This document shows positions 24,480-37,700 of a stretch of 64,000 nucleotides of DNA, piece after piece; the stretch's first letter is position 1; each line of letters opens with the position of its first letter. The notes beneath the pieces are model-generated. The model was not told the DNA's origin and searched no databases. It saw only the letters and a program-made list of their open reading frames with translations. The stretch is taken from assembly GCF_036321535.1 (NCBI RefSeq), contig NC_087441.1, positions 15,066,001 to 15,130,000 on the forward strand, given 5' to 3'. The translations under genes were made by a program, and so were the position numbers. The stretch comes from Camelus dromedarius (Eukaryota).

Positions 24480-24680
24480 GCACAGTGTGACTGGAAAGAT
24501 GACAGGTTTTGGAACTAGACTGACCCTTCCTAGCCATATAACTTGCTACCTTTTCTGAACCTGTTGCCTCATCAGCTAAGTGGAAATTAGAATAGGGTCC
24601 ATTCCCTAGGTTCCTCTGAGGCTTTGAAGGGAAACTGTATCCAGAGTACCTAGCAAAGAGCCTTTCATGCAGTAGGTTTT
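24480..24680 (+). mobile_element. MIR SINE (diverged)
   Basis: aggttttggaactagactga...ctgaacctgttgcctcatcagctaagtgg. Confidence 0.5.
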
Positions 24681-26204
24681 CAGAACTGTCATGTTGCCGC
24701 GTCACGGTCTCTCGGTGCTCCTGGCAGAACCTGGGGAGTGAGGAGGCGAGAGAACAAGGGAGGCGTCAGGGCTTTTTTAAGCTCCTCAAAACTGAAGACA
24801 GCTCAGAATAGCCCAGAACCCACTACTGGAACCGCTGGTAAGCGGCTTCCAGAGAGGCTCCAGATTGGCCCAGTGACAGACTGAACCCAGTTGGGATTGA
24901 AAGCAGCCAGGACAGCTGGAGGGAACACAGTGACCAGAGCAGTCAGAGCCTGTCACGAAAACCAAATGGCCCCCCAGGAGGGTGAATATTAATCTAGAGA
25001 CCCAGGGCAGTATGAAATACCCTCCTCTCTAAGTAAGCAATTTGCTTCTCCATGGGGATCAACATTTTCACTTGAAATTCCTCCCAGCTCCTTGAAAATG
25101 ATCACTCGAGTAGCTTAACATTTGGATAATACTGTAGTTTTCCAATCCTTTAGGTTAAATATTAAAGTAAGAAATTTTAAACTGGAAAATAACCAACTAG
25201 TGACAGGACCACACCAGCAAGTCAGTAAGAAAGTACATCAGGGACCCAAGGCTCTTTGATAATGGACATAATCATGTCTCCTCATTACCTCCTTGGGAAG
25301 CCACCCAGCTGGACCATAGCCCCAGGACTGTGGCTACAGGGTGTAAATAGAGAGAGGCTGGGGTAAGGTGGGTAGCAAGGGAATCCATTAGCAAGGATGT
25401 GCAATGAGGAGTTAGGAGATCCTTGAAGAACATTTCAACTCCTTGCAATTCTGAATGCATGGGGGAACCCCACAGCCTGCTTGTTGTGGTCACAGCCTTG
25501 CCTTCTGGTACTGCTAATGCTTCCATGGGGTCTTCTCAGACCCCCTCACTTCCCAACCTCCCTCTCCTGTTCCTGGGCTGGGCAGAGCCAGGTCCAGGGC
25601 CTTGGTCTCTCTACAGTGGTGGTTACAGTTCTGGAACCGGGATTGCGCTCGCTTTTCAACCAATTCTTAGAACAGAGTTCAAGCCTATTTATTCAACCCT
25701 TTGAAAATTTTAGGATAGTGTGAAAAGAAATCTGCAATGAGGCCTTCCAAAGTTAACACAGTTGAAAACAATAAAAACACCAAACTCCACTTTCCAACCA
25801 TGGTAGATAAGCCAAACAGAAAACTGTTTTCAAATGTTTTGGATTAAAACTCACAAAATTGACATTTAAAAGCTGTCTTGGAAATCTTGATGCATTGAGG
25901 CCATTCCCATACAGAAAGAAAACAATCCTATCCTTTCCGGTGGAAGGATGGAGTGTCTCTTCATTCCTTGGTCTGCACAGGAAGCCCCAGCCCTGGGGAA
26001 GACTCAGAAAGTCACCACCTGAATTTTAGGCTGAAGCAATAAGTGGAATAAAGCTATTCTGAGAGAAGGTTTGTTACATGTGAGGTCGGCGTTCTCCCCA
26101 GCTCTCCATCAAGAAGGCTGAGCTGCACAGAAGAATGCTTCTTCTCCAGGATGGGGTTGCAGACATAGAGGTTGGATGAGGGGCTAAGCAAAGGAGGTCA
26201 AAAT

Positions 26205-26326
26205 CCCTCAGGTGTCAGCTTAGATGTCACATCCCTTGAGGGACTTAGTTTGATCTCTCAAACTGAAAACCCTTCCTTTCGGTTCCTGTACAGCTGTTTA
26301 TCCCAGTGGAAATATCACACCATATG

Positions 26327-26369
<43 letters not shown>

Positions 26370-26420
26370 CATTTAAGGGCCATATGATGTAAACTCCTGG
26401 TGAGGGTTAGTGGCCTCTTA
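26205..26420 (+). mobile_element. L2 fragment containing (CA)17 at 26333-26366
   Basis: tcagcttagatgtcacatcccttgaggg...atgtaaactcctggtgaggg; perfect CA run. Confidence 0.5.
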
Positions 26421-28329
26421 CGGGTTGCCTGGTGCAGGTTGCAAGCAGCCTTGGAGAGACAGGGACTCCTGCCTGCACGGCTGGGCAACCTCCTGCCTGG
26501 GATCCACTTCCAGGGCCTCTCATGACAGTGTCCCTGGCCTGGTCAAAAGTCTGAGTCTATTCCCTGGGAATGCATGTTTCTTGAGAGTTTTTACACTTCT
26601 GAGTACCTGTGTAACCAGAAAATGTCCAAGAACATTGCACGTGGGCTCCCAGATTAAGAAGCAATGAAACCAATTCTGACCGGGGTAAGTAAAAATTTTA
26701 AGTTGCACTGAAAAAGGCAAAGGGATTATGCTACTGACCACGTGGCATGGCTCCCCTCATTGAAGGATGCCGCCAAGGCGAAAGTGCTGAGTCTGGAAAA
26801 ACACTGGAACTTCTCTGCAGACATTCCAGCAGAGCTAGCGTTGAAGGCTGATTTGTGAAGTGGTCAGAAGCTGTTAGTGACTTCTGATGCTTATTTTGTA
26901 AATATTCTCCATACTCACGTTTTCCATACAAGGTTTAATTACTGTTTTTGGTGATGTGATGACCAAGCGATCAACTGACATCTTTCATCCTCCTAAAACG
27001 TATCTCGAGTCCTTTGTTAATTTCTTATGAGAAAAGAAATTTCACCCTGAATCTTTATAAACCACCTGACATTTCGATGGGTCCCAAGCTCTCATACTTA
27101 ATCAGACCCAGGCACATGTACTTACTTCATCTCCCCACCGGGCAGCAGGCTCCTCCAGGTCAGTCTGTGAGCTGCTCAGCGTGTCTGCCCTGAATCTCAC
27201 ATGGGTGCTGAGACATGACCGGTGAGTGGAAGAGAAACCCCAGTGCTCCATGAGGAAGCTTGTTCTCTTACAGGACCACACACATCTGTAATCTTGTTGG
27301 CAGTTTTTTATAGCTGTCTTGGCTTGATGTTAGTTTCCATGAAGATCTTCCTTAGTGAATTTGTGTGAGGCAGCCACGTGTTCAGTCAAAACCCAACACT
27401 TTCCAGCCTCCTTTTCAGCTGGGGTAGACTTGAAACTCAGCCCTGATGAATGAGACTCAGGAGAAGTCTGTTGGAGATTTCTGGACAAGTCTTTCTTCTC
27501 AGACACAGATATTGCCCATTCCTCTGCTCTTTCTGCCCAGGATATGGTTATGATAACAGGATGGTGGCAAAAATCAGCAGAGATCCCAGCCTTACCTCCC
27601 CAAGCCTCTCTACCAGAGCTAGCAACTGCCAATAAGGAAAATTAACCCAGATTTGTGGAAGCTATTGTTTAGTCAAGTTTCATTACTTGCAGTTGAACAC
27701 AAACTCTGACTGACTCAGAATGGGGTGGTGGTGAAGGAGTCCTAGAAATGGAGAAATAAAACCAATCAAAGAATCAAGAGAGATGAGAGAGAGAACAAGT
27801 TTGGCAGATGGCAGTCTGCATTTAGAGGGTGACAGGTTTTGTAAACATCCAGAGCTCATTTGCATAAGTCTTGGGGCCAGATGGGTGTTTCAGGGAGAGG
27901 AAAGTCACAAGGAGCCTGACTGACTGGGCAGTTTTATTCCTCCAAGTGAATGGACGTTTGTCTTTGGCTTATCCGGCCACTGCTAATGAATTTAATTTGC
28001 CTGAATCTTCACCCAGGCTTGATCACACCTAGAGATACCTAGCATTGTTAGCTTCCTAAGATAATCTGATTTTAAACATGTTACTATCACTCTGAACATA
28101 ACAATGTGCTCTTAGTTTTTCCCCCAATGTCCTGGCTGGGCTCCATCAGTCTTGCTGGCACTGAGCCCCAACTGGGCAGTGGAAAACCAAGGGTTGGAGC
28201 CACGTCCACCTACTTCACCCAGCTCCACGCTAAGAGCTGGTTCCTTATCTGTCAAAAGACAACAGCAACCCTGACTTCACTGGACCGTCACCAAAGGGCC
28301 AATGTGTGCTCTGTCCTCTCTGCCCTGTC

Positions 28330-28695
28330 CAGAGCCCCTCTCTCCTCTTGCTGCCCACGCTAAACTGATTGTGAGTTCCTCTTGTCCTTCTCAATCTGAC
28401 GTCAAGTCAGGAATCACCACTTTGAAACACTTCCATATGCTGTCCCTGGCCGTGCCAGCGCCTGAGACTGACTTCTCAAGGGTCAAGAGACTGAGTGTGG
28501 CATCCTTTCTCTGTGCTCCCCGAGTTCCCCCAGCCCTTGCTTATCTAGCCGGCATCTGATCATTGTTCATATTCTGAGAGGCTCCTGAGCTTAGGACCCT
28601 GTTGTATTTGTCACTCTATCCACAGTCCCTAGAACAGTTCTTGGCTCATAATAAACACTCACAGATTTGTGGAATAAATGAGTGAGTGAACGAAC
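28330..28695 (+). mobile_element. L2 3' end
   Basis: ends ctagaacagttcttggctcataataaacactc...ttgtggaataaatgagtgagtgaa. Confidence 0.6.
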
Positions 28696-29099
28696 TCCTG
28701 GGCATAATCTACATGTTTGTAGCACAGAAGGGTCCTAATAAAGTGCTTTTTGCAGGCAAATGCTTTGACGACGTTTGTGGAATGAAAACATTCCAGTCCT
28801 AACTCCCCAGCTTTTGGAAACTCTCTCTAATTGCTATCAATTTCTTATGACTTTTTTCTCTCAGTGTTTTGTAACCAGGGTGGCATAGAAGCTCTGGAGA
28901 GCTATACCACACTGTAACTATGTTTTAGAAAAGCTCTGTTCTCTCACAAACCTTCTCCTCCCAGCCTACTCAGGGGAAGAAAACTAGGACCTTTATCAAA
29001 ATATCATTCTGATATTGTCTGAAGAAACCAATCTGCCGTGGCTCACCTAGGAAGTTGTACCTTTAAGAGATTACAATGAAACCTTACAATTTACTTTTT

Positions 29100-29350
29100 A
29101 ATAGTGATGATGGATCACAACTGACATTAACAAGCACTCCCATGTGCCAGGCACTATTCTAAGCATTTCACTTAACTCTTCTCAACAACCTTATGAGGTA
29201 GGTGATATAGTTATTCCCATTTTATAGACGAGGAAACTGAGATACAAAGAGGTCAAGAAACTTGCCTCAAGTTATTTGGTGGTTGGTGAAGCTGGGATTT
29301 GAACCAAGGCAATCTGACCCAGAACTGGAGCTCTTAACCACTGAGCTATA
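29100..29350 (-). mobile_element. MIR SINE
   Basis: gtgccaggcactattctaagc...caaccttatgaggtagg...cccattttatagacgaggaaactgag...gggatttgaacc. Confidence 0.85.
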
Positions 29351-30177
29351 CTAGAACTTATTAGCGTTTTGGCCAAAGAATTTGGTGACATTGATCCAAT
29401 TCAAATAACCCTCAGTTTGGATATATTGGATGACGTTCCTGAAAGGGCAATTTCACCTACAGGTCACTTCCCTTTCTCCCAATTGGATCTCAGAGTTCCA
29501 CACTGGCTTACCTAGCCTTATTATGGTCTAGTCAATATTTCTCTATTTTATTTAGAAGAACTTGTAAACTGATTCCCACCCTCCCTCCTTTGCATATTTC
29601 ATAAGACGCACCTTGCTTGCAGAGGGAGCAAACCACACCAGTCATGAACCCACAGTGCTGCGTGCATTGGGCCAGGAATGAAAACAGCTACACCATGGTA
29701 ACCATCCGTCATTCTGTCCATCTGCTGCCCTAGAGGGATCTTAAAATAGTTTCAATTCACCTTTAAAATCTGTGGCTCTATGAAGGGCTTGTAACGCTTG
29801 GCAGCCCTGGAAGGCTGCCTGAGAAACAGGACTGCTATTCGGACTACTGGGTCCAGCTGTATGTCTCTTCGGAGGGAAACAAGCCATCCATTCATCAGGC
29901 CCTTGTGAAATTTTCCTTCCCTGCCAGCCCTGCAGCCAAGGAGGAGAATACCTGGAGGAATGGCTTCTGGAATTCTGTTCTTTCTAACACGAGGTTTGCT
30001 TTTTATTTTTTAAATTGTCTGCTAGTTTGTTTGTTTTTGGTCCTGCTCAACCCTCACCTGCTCCAACTTCCCAGCCCTACAACTTTCTCCTTCTTTTAGC
30101 TTTTCCTTCTTTAGCCCTAAAGCTAGGGGTTTGGGAATGAATGCATGTTTATAATCTAGAAATTTTAAATTAGTTAG

Positions 30178-30252
30178 TGGGGAGACCATTTATAATTTAT
30201 CACCCAAACCAAGACACTTTTGAGAATGAAAAGCCCAGACACGTGGTCACCA
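30178..30252. mobile_element. hAT MITE, MER81-like, internally deleted
   Basis: Degenerate TIRs tggggagaccat ... gtggtcacca flanking ataatttatcacccaaaccaagacacttttgagaatgaaa. Confidence 0.6.
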
Positions 30253-30289
30253 CTGGTTTAACTTGGATGCCATTTCACAGCACCAAAAA

Positions 30290-31287
30290 GTATTTATTTA
30301 ATTTTATTTAAAAAAACGTATTGTTATCGAGGTAACATTGATTTATAACATTATATGTTTCATGTGTACAACACTGCATTTCTACTTCTGTATACGCCAC
30401 AGTGTGCCAAAATTCAGCTTCCATCAGCCACCTACAGGTGAACTCCTTTACCCATTTTGCTCCCCCCACCCCAACTCCTTCCCCTCTGGTAACCATTACT
30501 ATGATTTTTTTGTATCTATTTGTTTTTGTTTGGTTTGTTCATTTATTTTGTGTTTTTTTTAAATTTGTTTGTTAGTTTTTTATATTCTGTGTATGAGTGA
30601 AATATATATTTGTCTTTCTCCATCTGGCTTATTTCACTCAGCATGATTCCCTCAAGGTCCATCCATGTTGTTGCAAGTGGCAAGATTTTGCCTTTTGTGT
30701 AGCTGAGTTGTATTCCATTATGTGTGTGTGTGTATCCATATTTATACACATATCTCACATCTTTTGTATCCATTCATCCACTGACGGCACTTAGGTTGTT
30801 CACATGTTGTGGCTATTGTAATGCTGCAATGAACCTAAGGGATGCATATATCTTTTCCAATTAGAGTTTTTGTATTCTATGGATAAATACCCAGAAATGG
30901 GATCGTCAGATCATATGGCAGTTCTATTAATAATTTTTTGAAGCATCCCCATACTGTTTTCCATAGTGGCTGCAGCAATTTACATTCCCACCAACAGTGT
31001 ATGAGGGTTCCTTTTTCTCCACATCCTTGTCAATACTATTTCTTATCTGGCATGAGGTAATATTGTGTTTTTTTGTTTTTTTCTTAATTTTTTGGCGGGG
31101 GAAGGAAATTAGGTTTGTTTGTTTGTTTGTTTATTTATTTATTACTTTTTTTTTTTTAACGGAGGCACTGGGGATTGAACCCAGGACCTCATGCATGCGA
31201 AGCACACACTCTATCACTGCCCTATACCCTTCCCCCCATTATGGTTTTGATTTGCATTTCCCTGATAATGAGTGATGCTGAACATCT
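30290..31287 (-). mobile_element. LINE-1 3' ~0.8 kb (laurasiatherian L1MA-like), interrupted by a SINE
   Basis: ccttcccctctggtaacca; tggcttatttcactcagcatgattccctcaaggtccatccatgttgttgcaagtggcaagatt; tttacattcccaccaacagtgtatgagggttccc. Confidence 0.85.
31068..31237 (-). mobile_element. Vic-1-type camelid SINE nested in L1
   Basis: Reverse complement of gggtatagggcagtgatagagtgtgtgcttcgcatgcatgaggtcctgggttcaatccccagtgcctcc...aaacctaatt; flanked by attgtg and attatg (degenerate TSD). Confidence 0.9.
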
Positions 31288-32009
31288 CAAAAGAGCTCCT
31301 CAGTGCTCACCGCGCAGCGACTGGAGATAAGAGCATCTTGGCTCTTGGCTCTAGTGCCTAATTGTGTTTTAGGTCAGAGCACCGTCAATGGAGCTTAAAA
31401 CAGGAAAGATTCTTCTCTTTTTTCCTTATTGAATCTTTAGTCTATAATGATCCGTTTTTGTTCTAGTGCTGTATGTTTCAAAAAGGTCACATTCTCAATA
31501 TTAAGTGGTTTAGCCTCGCAAGTCTCTAGTTTGAATTTGTAAGTTATATTATAAGATTTCAATTCAAATATGCAGATTTTTTTTTTCATTTCAAATCCCA
31601 TTTAGGCTGTAAAACTGGGTTTAAAATAAACTTACAGTTAAGCTCCTTAACTATTTTTTGGGGTTGATGCTATCAGATCAAGAATATTCTACACGTGTAA
31701 AGAGTGTTGTATAATTGAACATATTCTCATTTGATATCCACACCAAATATGTGAGGTAGGTGGCAGAGTTGAATCTTTTTTGAGCACAGAACATGCCAAC
31801 TTGAGTTGGTATCAAATCACGGCACCTAAGAACAAAGGAGCATGAAGAATCAATACCACCAAACAGAAAAATTGCACAATCTTTTCATCTGGTTCAAGAA
31901 TAAACATATAGATACACCATTCTGAAAGCTACATTCGCTCTTTTTTTGGTTTTTTTGTTGTTGTTGTTTATGAGAAATCATGCCACCGTGAGTAGCCAAC
32001 AATTTTGAC

Positions 32010-32495
32010 TGCAACCTATAACCACCCTCCCTCCACATCCTCGCCAGCAGAACCCACTTCTACTTAATTCTGAAAAGGCTGGCTTTCCCAGCTTCCCTTG
32101 CAGCCATAGGCATCTAATTAAATTTCCATGAGCCTCTAGTTAAAGTTTGGTGAATGAAGCCAGAAGGGAAGTCTTTTCTGGAGCTTCTGCAAAAAGTCTT
32201 CCTCTTTGATAAAAAGAGCCAAGCAAGGAAAAATTAGCACCTCTTCCTTTTGGATACAACCTGAATGGCTACAGTCCCCTTGTGTCCACAAAGGGTCAAG
32301 ACTGAGGGTCAGAGCTCACACGCTGAGGGTGGCAGGACGTCCGCGGGCTTCTTTTCCATTTCATTAAGCCCCTAAACCAATGTCGGAAGTACTTGTCTCT
32401 GGGCTTCTTGTTCTATGGGGAAAAAAATGTCTTTGTCTTATTCTTAAGCCAAATTTAGCACACCGTTACTTGCATCTGAGCACCCTTATGTGATT
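32010..32495 (+). mobile_element. Old MaLR LTR (MLT1J/K-like)
   Basis: ccagcttcccttgcagcca...gggcttcttgttctatgggg...ttaagcc...cgttacttgcatctga. Confidence 0.6.
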
Positions 32496-33344
32496 CTCCA
32501 TGTAAATGGTACTGCCGTAGTTCACCGTCAGACTTATCCCCTTTTTTGTTACATTACTTTCACTTTCTAGGAATTAAAAATCTAGATGATAAAACTGACC
32601 TGTACACACAATTTTAAAAATCAGTAGAATGCCCTTACTATAATATAAAGGAGAAGTATTAAATAATTTAAAAGAAGAATATGCACTGAAATGTGCAGAT
32701 GCTTGGGCGCAGCTCTGCTGGAAGACACGAGGCAGGAGTCAGAGCTCCCAGGTCTACATAGACTCCCACGCAGCCTGCCGCCGGTGTGCTGTGCTGGGGA
32801 TTCAAATCCCATCAGAGGTGTAGACACTGGTATTGTGATTTTTCAAAAGTTGAACGATTTTTGGTGAAGTTCCAAACCAAACAATGTACAATCTTACATT
32901 GACTTAAGCAGTAGCCACTTTCTTGGAAAATTCAGCGAACTTTCAAACAACGCAGATTACTTTGTGATATGTAACACAGAGCTGACACCTAGGATCACAG
33001 GATTATAAACATGTTTTCACCTAGGTGAATATCTGATGGCATGTGTGGAGGTTGTGTGAGACTCTGGACAATTTTTTGCTATGCAGGATTTGCCTGCACG
33101 TTGCAAAATGTCTGGTGTCTGGCCCAGTAAACACAGATGGGCATCCCTAATGATTGTGACAGCTGGAGTCCCCCCATACCTTTTCCAATCATCCCCTCAC
33201 ACAGAGGAGAGTGGAGCACAGAGGCAGGTGCCCCGGTCACTCAGTCTGCATCAGCGCCAGGAGCACCCCTACTCCCTCTTCTGCTCAGTTTCTTGGGGGG
33301 TGAGTGTGGACAGAAAGCACAGAAGCTATTGGCCAATGGTCACC

Positions 33345-33500
33345 CTTTGTTAGCATGTGTGTATTTTTTTCCACTGACCATCTATTGAGCTCCCACTCTG
33401 TGCAAGGAACTGTGGTCACTTCCAGTATACACGGGGCTGACTATGTTTTCCTTCCTGCCCTCAGGGAGGTAGAAGTCTAGAGTAGAAATGGAGAACACTA
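33345..33500 (-). mobile_element. L2 fragment
   Basis: ctattgagctcccactctgtgcaaggaactgtg...cctgccctcagggag. Confidence 0.5.
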
Positions 33501-33519
33501 TCCAAGTAAGACGGAGCAG

Positions 33520-33715
33520 AGGTTATTCGCCTGGGGTTCCAAAACTGTATTTCAGTGGACCCTTTCATTTCTTGACATTGCAGACAAGACTGCATGTACA
33601 TGTGTGTGTGCGTGCGCGTGCACGCGTTCCCATAAACTTTTTTCTCTGGGTAGAGGGTGTATAGATTTAATCATAGTCTCGAAACACTCCAGGATACTAC
33701 AAAGGTTACAGTTTA
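33520..33715. mobile_element. hAT-Charlie MITE remnant (MER103C-like)
   Basis: tttttctctgggtagagggtgtatagatttaatcatagtctcgaa...aaaggtta. Confidence 0.45.
33591..33627. repeat. Alternating purine-pyrimidine tract (TG/CG)
   Basis: tgcatgtacatgtgtgtgtgcgtgcgcgtgcacgcgt, 37 bp with 5 CpG steps. Confidence 0.9.
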
Positions 33716-33894
33716 TGCAGGCAGGCCTGATAAGTAGGTACTACCTTATTTGTTGAGTTTTCACAAGTTGCCTCTGCTCGAAACACCTCTCACCCAGATA
33801 GTTCTTTCACTGAAATTGCACCAGTAGAGATTCTATTTGAGTGACTGGAGAGCTAGCTTGGGTCTCTGTGAGCATCATCTTTCCAGGAACATTC

Positions 33895-34330
33895 AGGAAA
33901 TCTTTACTGAGCTTCTGCTGCGTGCCTGGCACTGAACTGGGGACTAGGGACCAGCCGTGAACAGAACGGAGCTCTCAGTCCCGTGGCCAGTGTGGACTGG
34001 GGGAAGGACGCTAGGACAGCAGAAGGGCAGGATCTTTTGAGAACACAGTGGGGTAATCTAACCCATTCTAGGGCAGCAGAAAAGTTCTTAGGAGGAGATA
34101 ACAAGCCAGCCTGGGCTGCTAATGCCCTGCATGGATGTGGACCTGTATATCAGCCAGCTGTCCCATGTGAACAGAGGGCCCTGGTCAAGGAGGATATTAC
34201 CTTGGATCTGCAGACACAGGGAAACAGGGTGGTGGGCAGCCTCCACCAGTGTTGGGCCTTTGCTGTCTCCCAGCTTTGCCTGGGTCAGCCAGTGGGTGAA
34301 CAGGTCGGGCCTTGTAAGATGGCTTTGATA
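33895..34330 (-). mobile_element. L2 fragment
   Basis: tttactgagcttctgctgcgtgcctggcactgaactggggactaggg...; explains ORF 33983-34387. Confidence 0.5.
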
Positions 34331-37140
34331 ACAGGACCCACATTTTGGCGCGTACTTAAAAATTCCAAATTACACGGGCTATCATGATTTGTTGCAGGAG
34401 TATGATTGGGAAGTGGACTGCGGACTCTCTGGGCCTGGAGAATGAGGGGGAGGGTGGTTTATAACTGGCAAACTATGTGCTGACTATAACCGTGCTGAAA
34501 AGCAGTGCGGTTTCTACGAGGTTCTTTCTGAAACTAGTACATTTTGGTTTCCCCCTGGAACAATGCCTTTGATGGAAAGAAAACATACCTTGGCCTTGAA
34601 AATGCAAAAACCCTCTCCCACTGCAGCCCTGAGCAGTTCTTAATGCTGAGGGTTAACTTGTCCTAAGGCCATCTTGTCCTTGGAAACCCAAAGGAGCAAA
34701 ACACAGACCTTTCTATGCTCTCCCTTCTTTTACTAAAAAGGAACAGGAATAATTGCCAATTCAGTAGGCTCCTTGCTCTTTTGTGCATTTTAAAGGCATT
34801 GCTGTTTGGGATTTGGAAGAAAATCATGAGAAATGAGAATCTCTCGCTGCCTTGGCTGGAAGCAGGTTCATTGTTTGCAGAGAGAGCTGGTTTCCATGGT
34901 TTTGGACTATAGACCACAACATTTTTTAAAAGAGTAGTTTCTACTTGCAATTGGATCTAATAAACAGCCAAGGTAGTCAGTCTCCCAACAGCAAAAGTTC
35001 TTTATGTTATTTGAAAACATCCTAATATGTTATCATTCACAACCAACTGCACATGTTTTCTAGTTATTACAAGTCACGCGTATCTCTCTGGATAGGCCCT
35101 GGTTGGCCCAAATTTCTGCTTCATAAGGGCAGCCAATCATGTTTCAGGCTCAGGGTCCCAGTCTTAGAAGTAAACACATTCCTTTCTAAACCATAGGAGA
35201 CTCAGGGGATGGTCTGGGCGAGGAGAGCAGGGCAGGAACCTGCAGTATTTGAGGCCTGAGCCCTAGCCCTGGGCGTGGCCCTCTGAGCGGAGACCATCAG
35301 AGCTGTAAGGAGGCCGCATGCTTCCCCTCCGGGCCAGAGCAGGTCTTGCCCTCCCAGGAACCACGTGGCGTGCTGCCCGTGAACTGACATATGGAAACTG
35401 CCCGTTTTAACTTCTGTTGCGAAAACAGGACATAGGACAAAATTTTGCTTCTTTTTTTCATGGCATATAAATAAGAACAAATGTGCTAAAATGAAAAAAA
35501 AAGACAAAACTGATTTTCTGGTCATACTGGGATACTGGCTTGGAATTAAGGAGGATCAAGAAATGAATGTAGCCATTTCCATGATTAGTAGCAATGGTAA
35601 AGCAATATGTGGTGTTCCCTAGAGCCAGAGGCTCGGCTCAGTGGACGGACCCTAAAGCTTGGGTCTCACCCCATGTCAATACGTCTAGTCCTTACAGTCC
35701 TTTAGCAGAAACCTACCTTCTTTTTAAACAGTGGTGAACTACATGGCCACTCTTAAACCACTAATACTGTCACAATTGTTTTGTTTGGTTTTGTTTTGTT
35801 GGTGGGATGGTATGGTCTTTTCTCCCTTTCTTGAACTTACAGCAGTTTTCTCGATCATTTTTCATTTTGTTGGCTTTCTCATCATTTGCTCCTTACATCG
35901 CTGTTTGATTTTTCCTTCAGTTTCGATCTTGCCTTCCCAACTGATTCATGAGTTCTTGGGGAGCAGAGACCGTAGGATATGTTCATTTTCCTGTGTATTC
36001 TGCTTCCCCACGTAGAATGGATTTCCAGGTCTCATGCAAGAAACCAAATGGGCCTGTGCTGGGCTGTCTTTCAAATTACATTTTAGTCAAATAGAACTAA
36101 GGACAACCCTTTTGCATGTCCCCAACTCTTCTCTAAGCATCATGGTTACTGTGGGTGAGGGGTCCTTTGAGCCTCACTTAATCTCCAATTTGCCACTAAA
36201 TGTATAAAATGCAGAATGAGATCCATTGGTGAGATTAGCTAAAGTTAGACTAATGGTAACTTAGAGGCATTTGGGAAGTTAAAGGGAAGGATTAGACTTT
36301 CGTCTGTGATGTAAGCATTGCAACATCTTATTTTTTGGAGCCACCGCCCGTCCTCTTGGCAAGAACGAGATCTCTCCCTTATGTCGCCTGAATTTTCTCA
36401 CTCTCCATTGAATAAACATTTGGCGCAGGAACCATCATTTCTCTTCCTTGGGGACCAATCTGAGAATAATAATAATAAGCATTTCCTTTCAAGTAACAGA
36501 GCACCAGACTTCTCAGGGCCAGGCAGAGATGGTCAGAGAAGGTTGCCTCACACTCAGAAGAGCATTACGGGTGGAAGGAGAAAGTCAAGAATGTGTGCTC
36601 CAGGGTGAGCGGCCCAGGGACCCAAGGCCCCAGCCCAGCCTGGCCCTCCCTCTGCCCACCTCTGTAGTTTGGTTGACAAACAGGGACCAGCATTGGGAAC
36701 ACTGCCTCTAACTCAGTTCAGTCTTATAAAATGATATAAAGTCACTTTCTCAAGTGCAGTTTCAGGTCATCAATACCGTTTTAAAAAATCATTGCAAATT
36801 CTGCGATAACACTTGAAAAGGGGTGTGTTTCAGTGTTGCTTTCACAGGGAAACTTCCATTTATCAGGAATCCAAATAACTGTTACGGTGAGCTAAACAGT
36901 GGTCCCCTCAGGCGTCTGCTGATGCGTGTAACAGAAGCGTGCAGATGGGGCAGGGGCTGGGAGAGGGCAGGGCGTGGAGGTAGGGTCAGGAGGGGAGCGA
37001 ACAGGAGAGGACGGACAGGGAGAAACAGTGAGGGGAGCAGCTTCCGCAATGTGCTTTGAGATGAAAACTGACTTCAGTCAACTCCCTCACTGTAATATTG
37101 GTGTCTTCTGTATTTCAGGATGTTAATTTAGAAGGAATTA

Positions 37141-37350
37141 CAGTGTATGGGATTTGGAATCAAAAGACCTGGATTTGAATCCCAACTCTGTTTCTTTCTA
37201 AGCAATGTGAGTTCAGGTAATTTACTTCACCTCTTGAGCCCAGAGGTGAACCTGTGTAAAATGAAGATTACGTCTTTCCCTCAGAATGGCTGTGGGGATT
37301 CCACTGGACAGCGCACCCTGCAGACATTGGAACATGCTAGTTATTAGCAC
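37141..37350 (+). mobile_element. MIR SINE
   Basis: ggatttggaatcaaaagacctggatttgaatcccaactctg...ctgtgtaaaatgaagat. Confidence 0.7.
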
Positions 37351-37549
37351 ATCTGCATTCAGAGCTCTTAAGAGTCTTGCTGCTTTTTAAAAACTTACTA
37401 GCACCTAACACAAGAGACTGACATAAAATAGACATTTTTTCACACATGGTTAACTTGAGAGAGAAAGTTTAATATCTTGAAATAACTTGAATATACAAAA
37501 ATAAAATAATACCTTGAATTTTAAAACAGGAATTGCATTGCTGTAGCAT

Positions 37550-37700
37550 GTGAAAAATGAATTTATTCATTTAACACACATTTGTTGAATGTCCCCTAAT
37601 ATCAGGCACTGAGCCCTACAGGAGCTCATAGGATAGTTTGAGGATTCAAACACGAACATGAATTATGAGAACAACAATAACAGAGCAGGGGAGACAGCTG
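37550..37700 (-). mobile_element. L2 fragment
   Basis: ttcatttaacacacatttgttgaatgtcccctaatatcaggcactgag. Confidence 0.45.
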
